From: an uncultured Candidatus Saccharibacteria bacterium | GTDB taxonomy: Bacteria > Patescibacteriota > Minisyncoccia > Phycocordibacterales > 2-02-FULL-43-11 | Assembly (NCBI GenBank): GCA_964348785.1 | Contig: CAYGDO010000006.1 | Coordinates: forward strand, 14,055-51,916 | DNA: 37,862 nucleotides | Direction of reading: 5' to 3' | Part shown: positions 36,565 through 37,862 of the stretch, piece by piece | Layout: the number at the start of each line of letters is the position of its first letter | Position numbering within the stretch: the stretch's first letter is position 1 | The notes under the pieces: model-generated | Database searches by the model: none | What the model was told of the DNA's origin: nothing | The model's input: the letters and a program-made list of their open reading frames with translations, nothing else | Translations under genes and position numbers: made by a program

Positions 36565-37859
36565 ATTGAAGAGCCCCAAGGTTTTTGAGGTGTGTTAGCG
36601 GTAATTGTCACGCAATAAGGTGATACTCCAATTACACAAGAACCCCCGCTTTGTTGAAATCCGCCAAGCCACATTCCTGAGCCCATACCAGTACCTGCAT
36701 CAGGCATAAAACCAGGAGAAAAATAATACAGACCACTACCACCGCTTTCACCGTAATCCATAGCAAAATTTAAAAATCCAGAACCGCAAGTGCACATCAT
36801 GACTGTAGCAAAAAATCCACCACCACTTTGACCACCTTGAGCGTCAGCTACTGGAAAAATTCTTCCAAAAAAATTTGACATCTTTTCACCCAAAAAACTA
36901 AATCTAGAACTTGTTTCATTTTTAGCCAAATTTTCAAAAGAAAATGCTCTCAAACCAAACAAAATGGGCTCTTGAGACATCGTCGCACCTTTATCATTCT
37001 TCAAAATTACAAAAAAATGATGGTACATTTCCTCAAATGAATGGCCATTTTTTTCTAAAAAAGCCTTGAGTTCAGGTTCATTTGTTATACCTTGATTTTC
37101 ATAAGAAACAAGAGCGTCAGAGAGTCTTTTCCCGACCGCCTTAATAGGATCCTCTATTTGATTTACAACAGAATTTGGCAAAGTTCTAATTTCTTTTTCA
37201 TTCATACCCCTGACTTCTGGGGGTTTATAAATAAAAGATAACGTCTTTTCATCTTCAGAAGATAAATTATAAAAATATTGTTTAATTGATCCATCACCTA
37301 AAACGACATTATTGCCAGTTTTAGTAAAATTCTCGCCTATAATTGTTACTTTATCCCCCCTTCTAACCCTATTGGGAAAAACTGAAAAAATTGAAGGGAT
37401 GCTTTTAACTATCACCTTTGGCGTGATTGGATTATTGTTGGTGACTTTTTGATTAACTGGCTGATTAACAATCTTTACGTTTACACTATCTGGATCAAAA
37501 GCAATTTTTCGTAATTTTAATAAAGTGTTTTGACCAACAAAACCACTACCTATCAACAAACCTGACGGAGTTAAAATCTCACTTTTATATTTTTCCTGAA
37601 AACGAATAACGGCTTGTTTAGTCAAAGGTCCAAAAGATCTTGTTTCCTGCCCAGGAGATCCAGCTCCAGTTAGAGACACGACAGTATCCTTATCTAAATT
37701 CAATATTTTTTGCAAAGCCAAAACATCATCACCGTAATCCCCAAGTCTCAAAGTTGAAGCAGGAATTGGCATAGCCCCAAAAACAGTTGGGCTTATAAAA
37801 AACAAAATTCCCACAAAAAAAAGAGCTTTTTTAGATTTTTTAATAAAAGATAAATTCAT
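36561..37859 (-). CDS. Secreted protein: peptidoglycan-binding-like domain, IPT/TIG-like domain and Cys/Gly-rich C-terminal module
   Basis: LRLGDYGDDVLALQKILN...FGPLTKQAVIRFQEKY; PSIFSVFP..GDKVTIIGENF; C-terminal CTC..C..C. Confidence 0.85.
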   Translation of the reverse strand: MNLSFIKKSKKALFFVGILFFISPTVFGAMPIPASTLRLGDYGDDVLALQKILNLDKDTVVSLTGAGSPGQETRSFGPLTKQAVIRFQEKYKSEILTPSGLLIGSGFVGQNTLLKLRKIAFDPDSVNVKIVNQPVNQKVTNNNPITPKVIVKSIPSIFSVFPNRVRRGDKVTIIGENFTKTGNNVVLGDGSIKQYFYNLSSEDEKTLSFIYKPPEVRGMNEKEIRTLPNSVVNQIEDPIKAVGKRLSDALVSYENQGITNEPELKAFLEKNGHSFEEMYHHFFVILKNDKGATMSQEPILFGLRAFSFENLAKNETSSRFSFLGEKMSNFFGRIFPVADAQGGQSGGGFFATVMMCTCGSGFLNFAMDYGESGGSGLYYFSPGFMPDAGTGMGSGMWLGGFQQSGGSCVIGVSPYCVTITANTPQKPWGSSI

Positions 37860-37862
37860 ACC

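Overview
Low-GC bacterial chromosomal window. Gene content, apparently leaderless genes and tRNA-Arg(TCG) suggest a Patescibacteria/CPR (Parcubacteria-like) genome; this is an inference. Core genes: nusA, a K+-independent membrane pyrophosphatase (hppA), tig, rsmE, clpP, rny, HU, a CCA-adding enzyme, xth, a XerC/D-like recombinase, rpsO-NYN-pnp, a DksA/TraR-like protein, a frameshifted comM, a LysM/M23 peptidase, pcrA/uvrD and rsmA. Also present: a three-gene type IV minor-pilin operon, four tRNAs, and a >1470-codon repetitive surface protein (1-4412) missing from the ORF track. The most unusual signals are non-coding. (1) Two homologous ~150-175 bp structured elements each sit behind a different tRNA-Gly; each is bounded by a duplication of that tRNA's 3' end and carries an internal antisense copy of the T-arm. 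(2) Five parS-like palindromes cluster in and around yraN. (3) A 6S-like rod precedes rny. (4) An orphan ~240-nt structured RNA candidate lies between cca and xth. (5) A 19-aa Cys-rich micro-ORF follows the RNHCP gene. All calls were made by eye; no database search was run.
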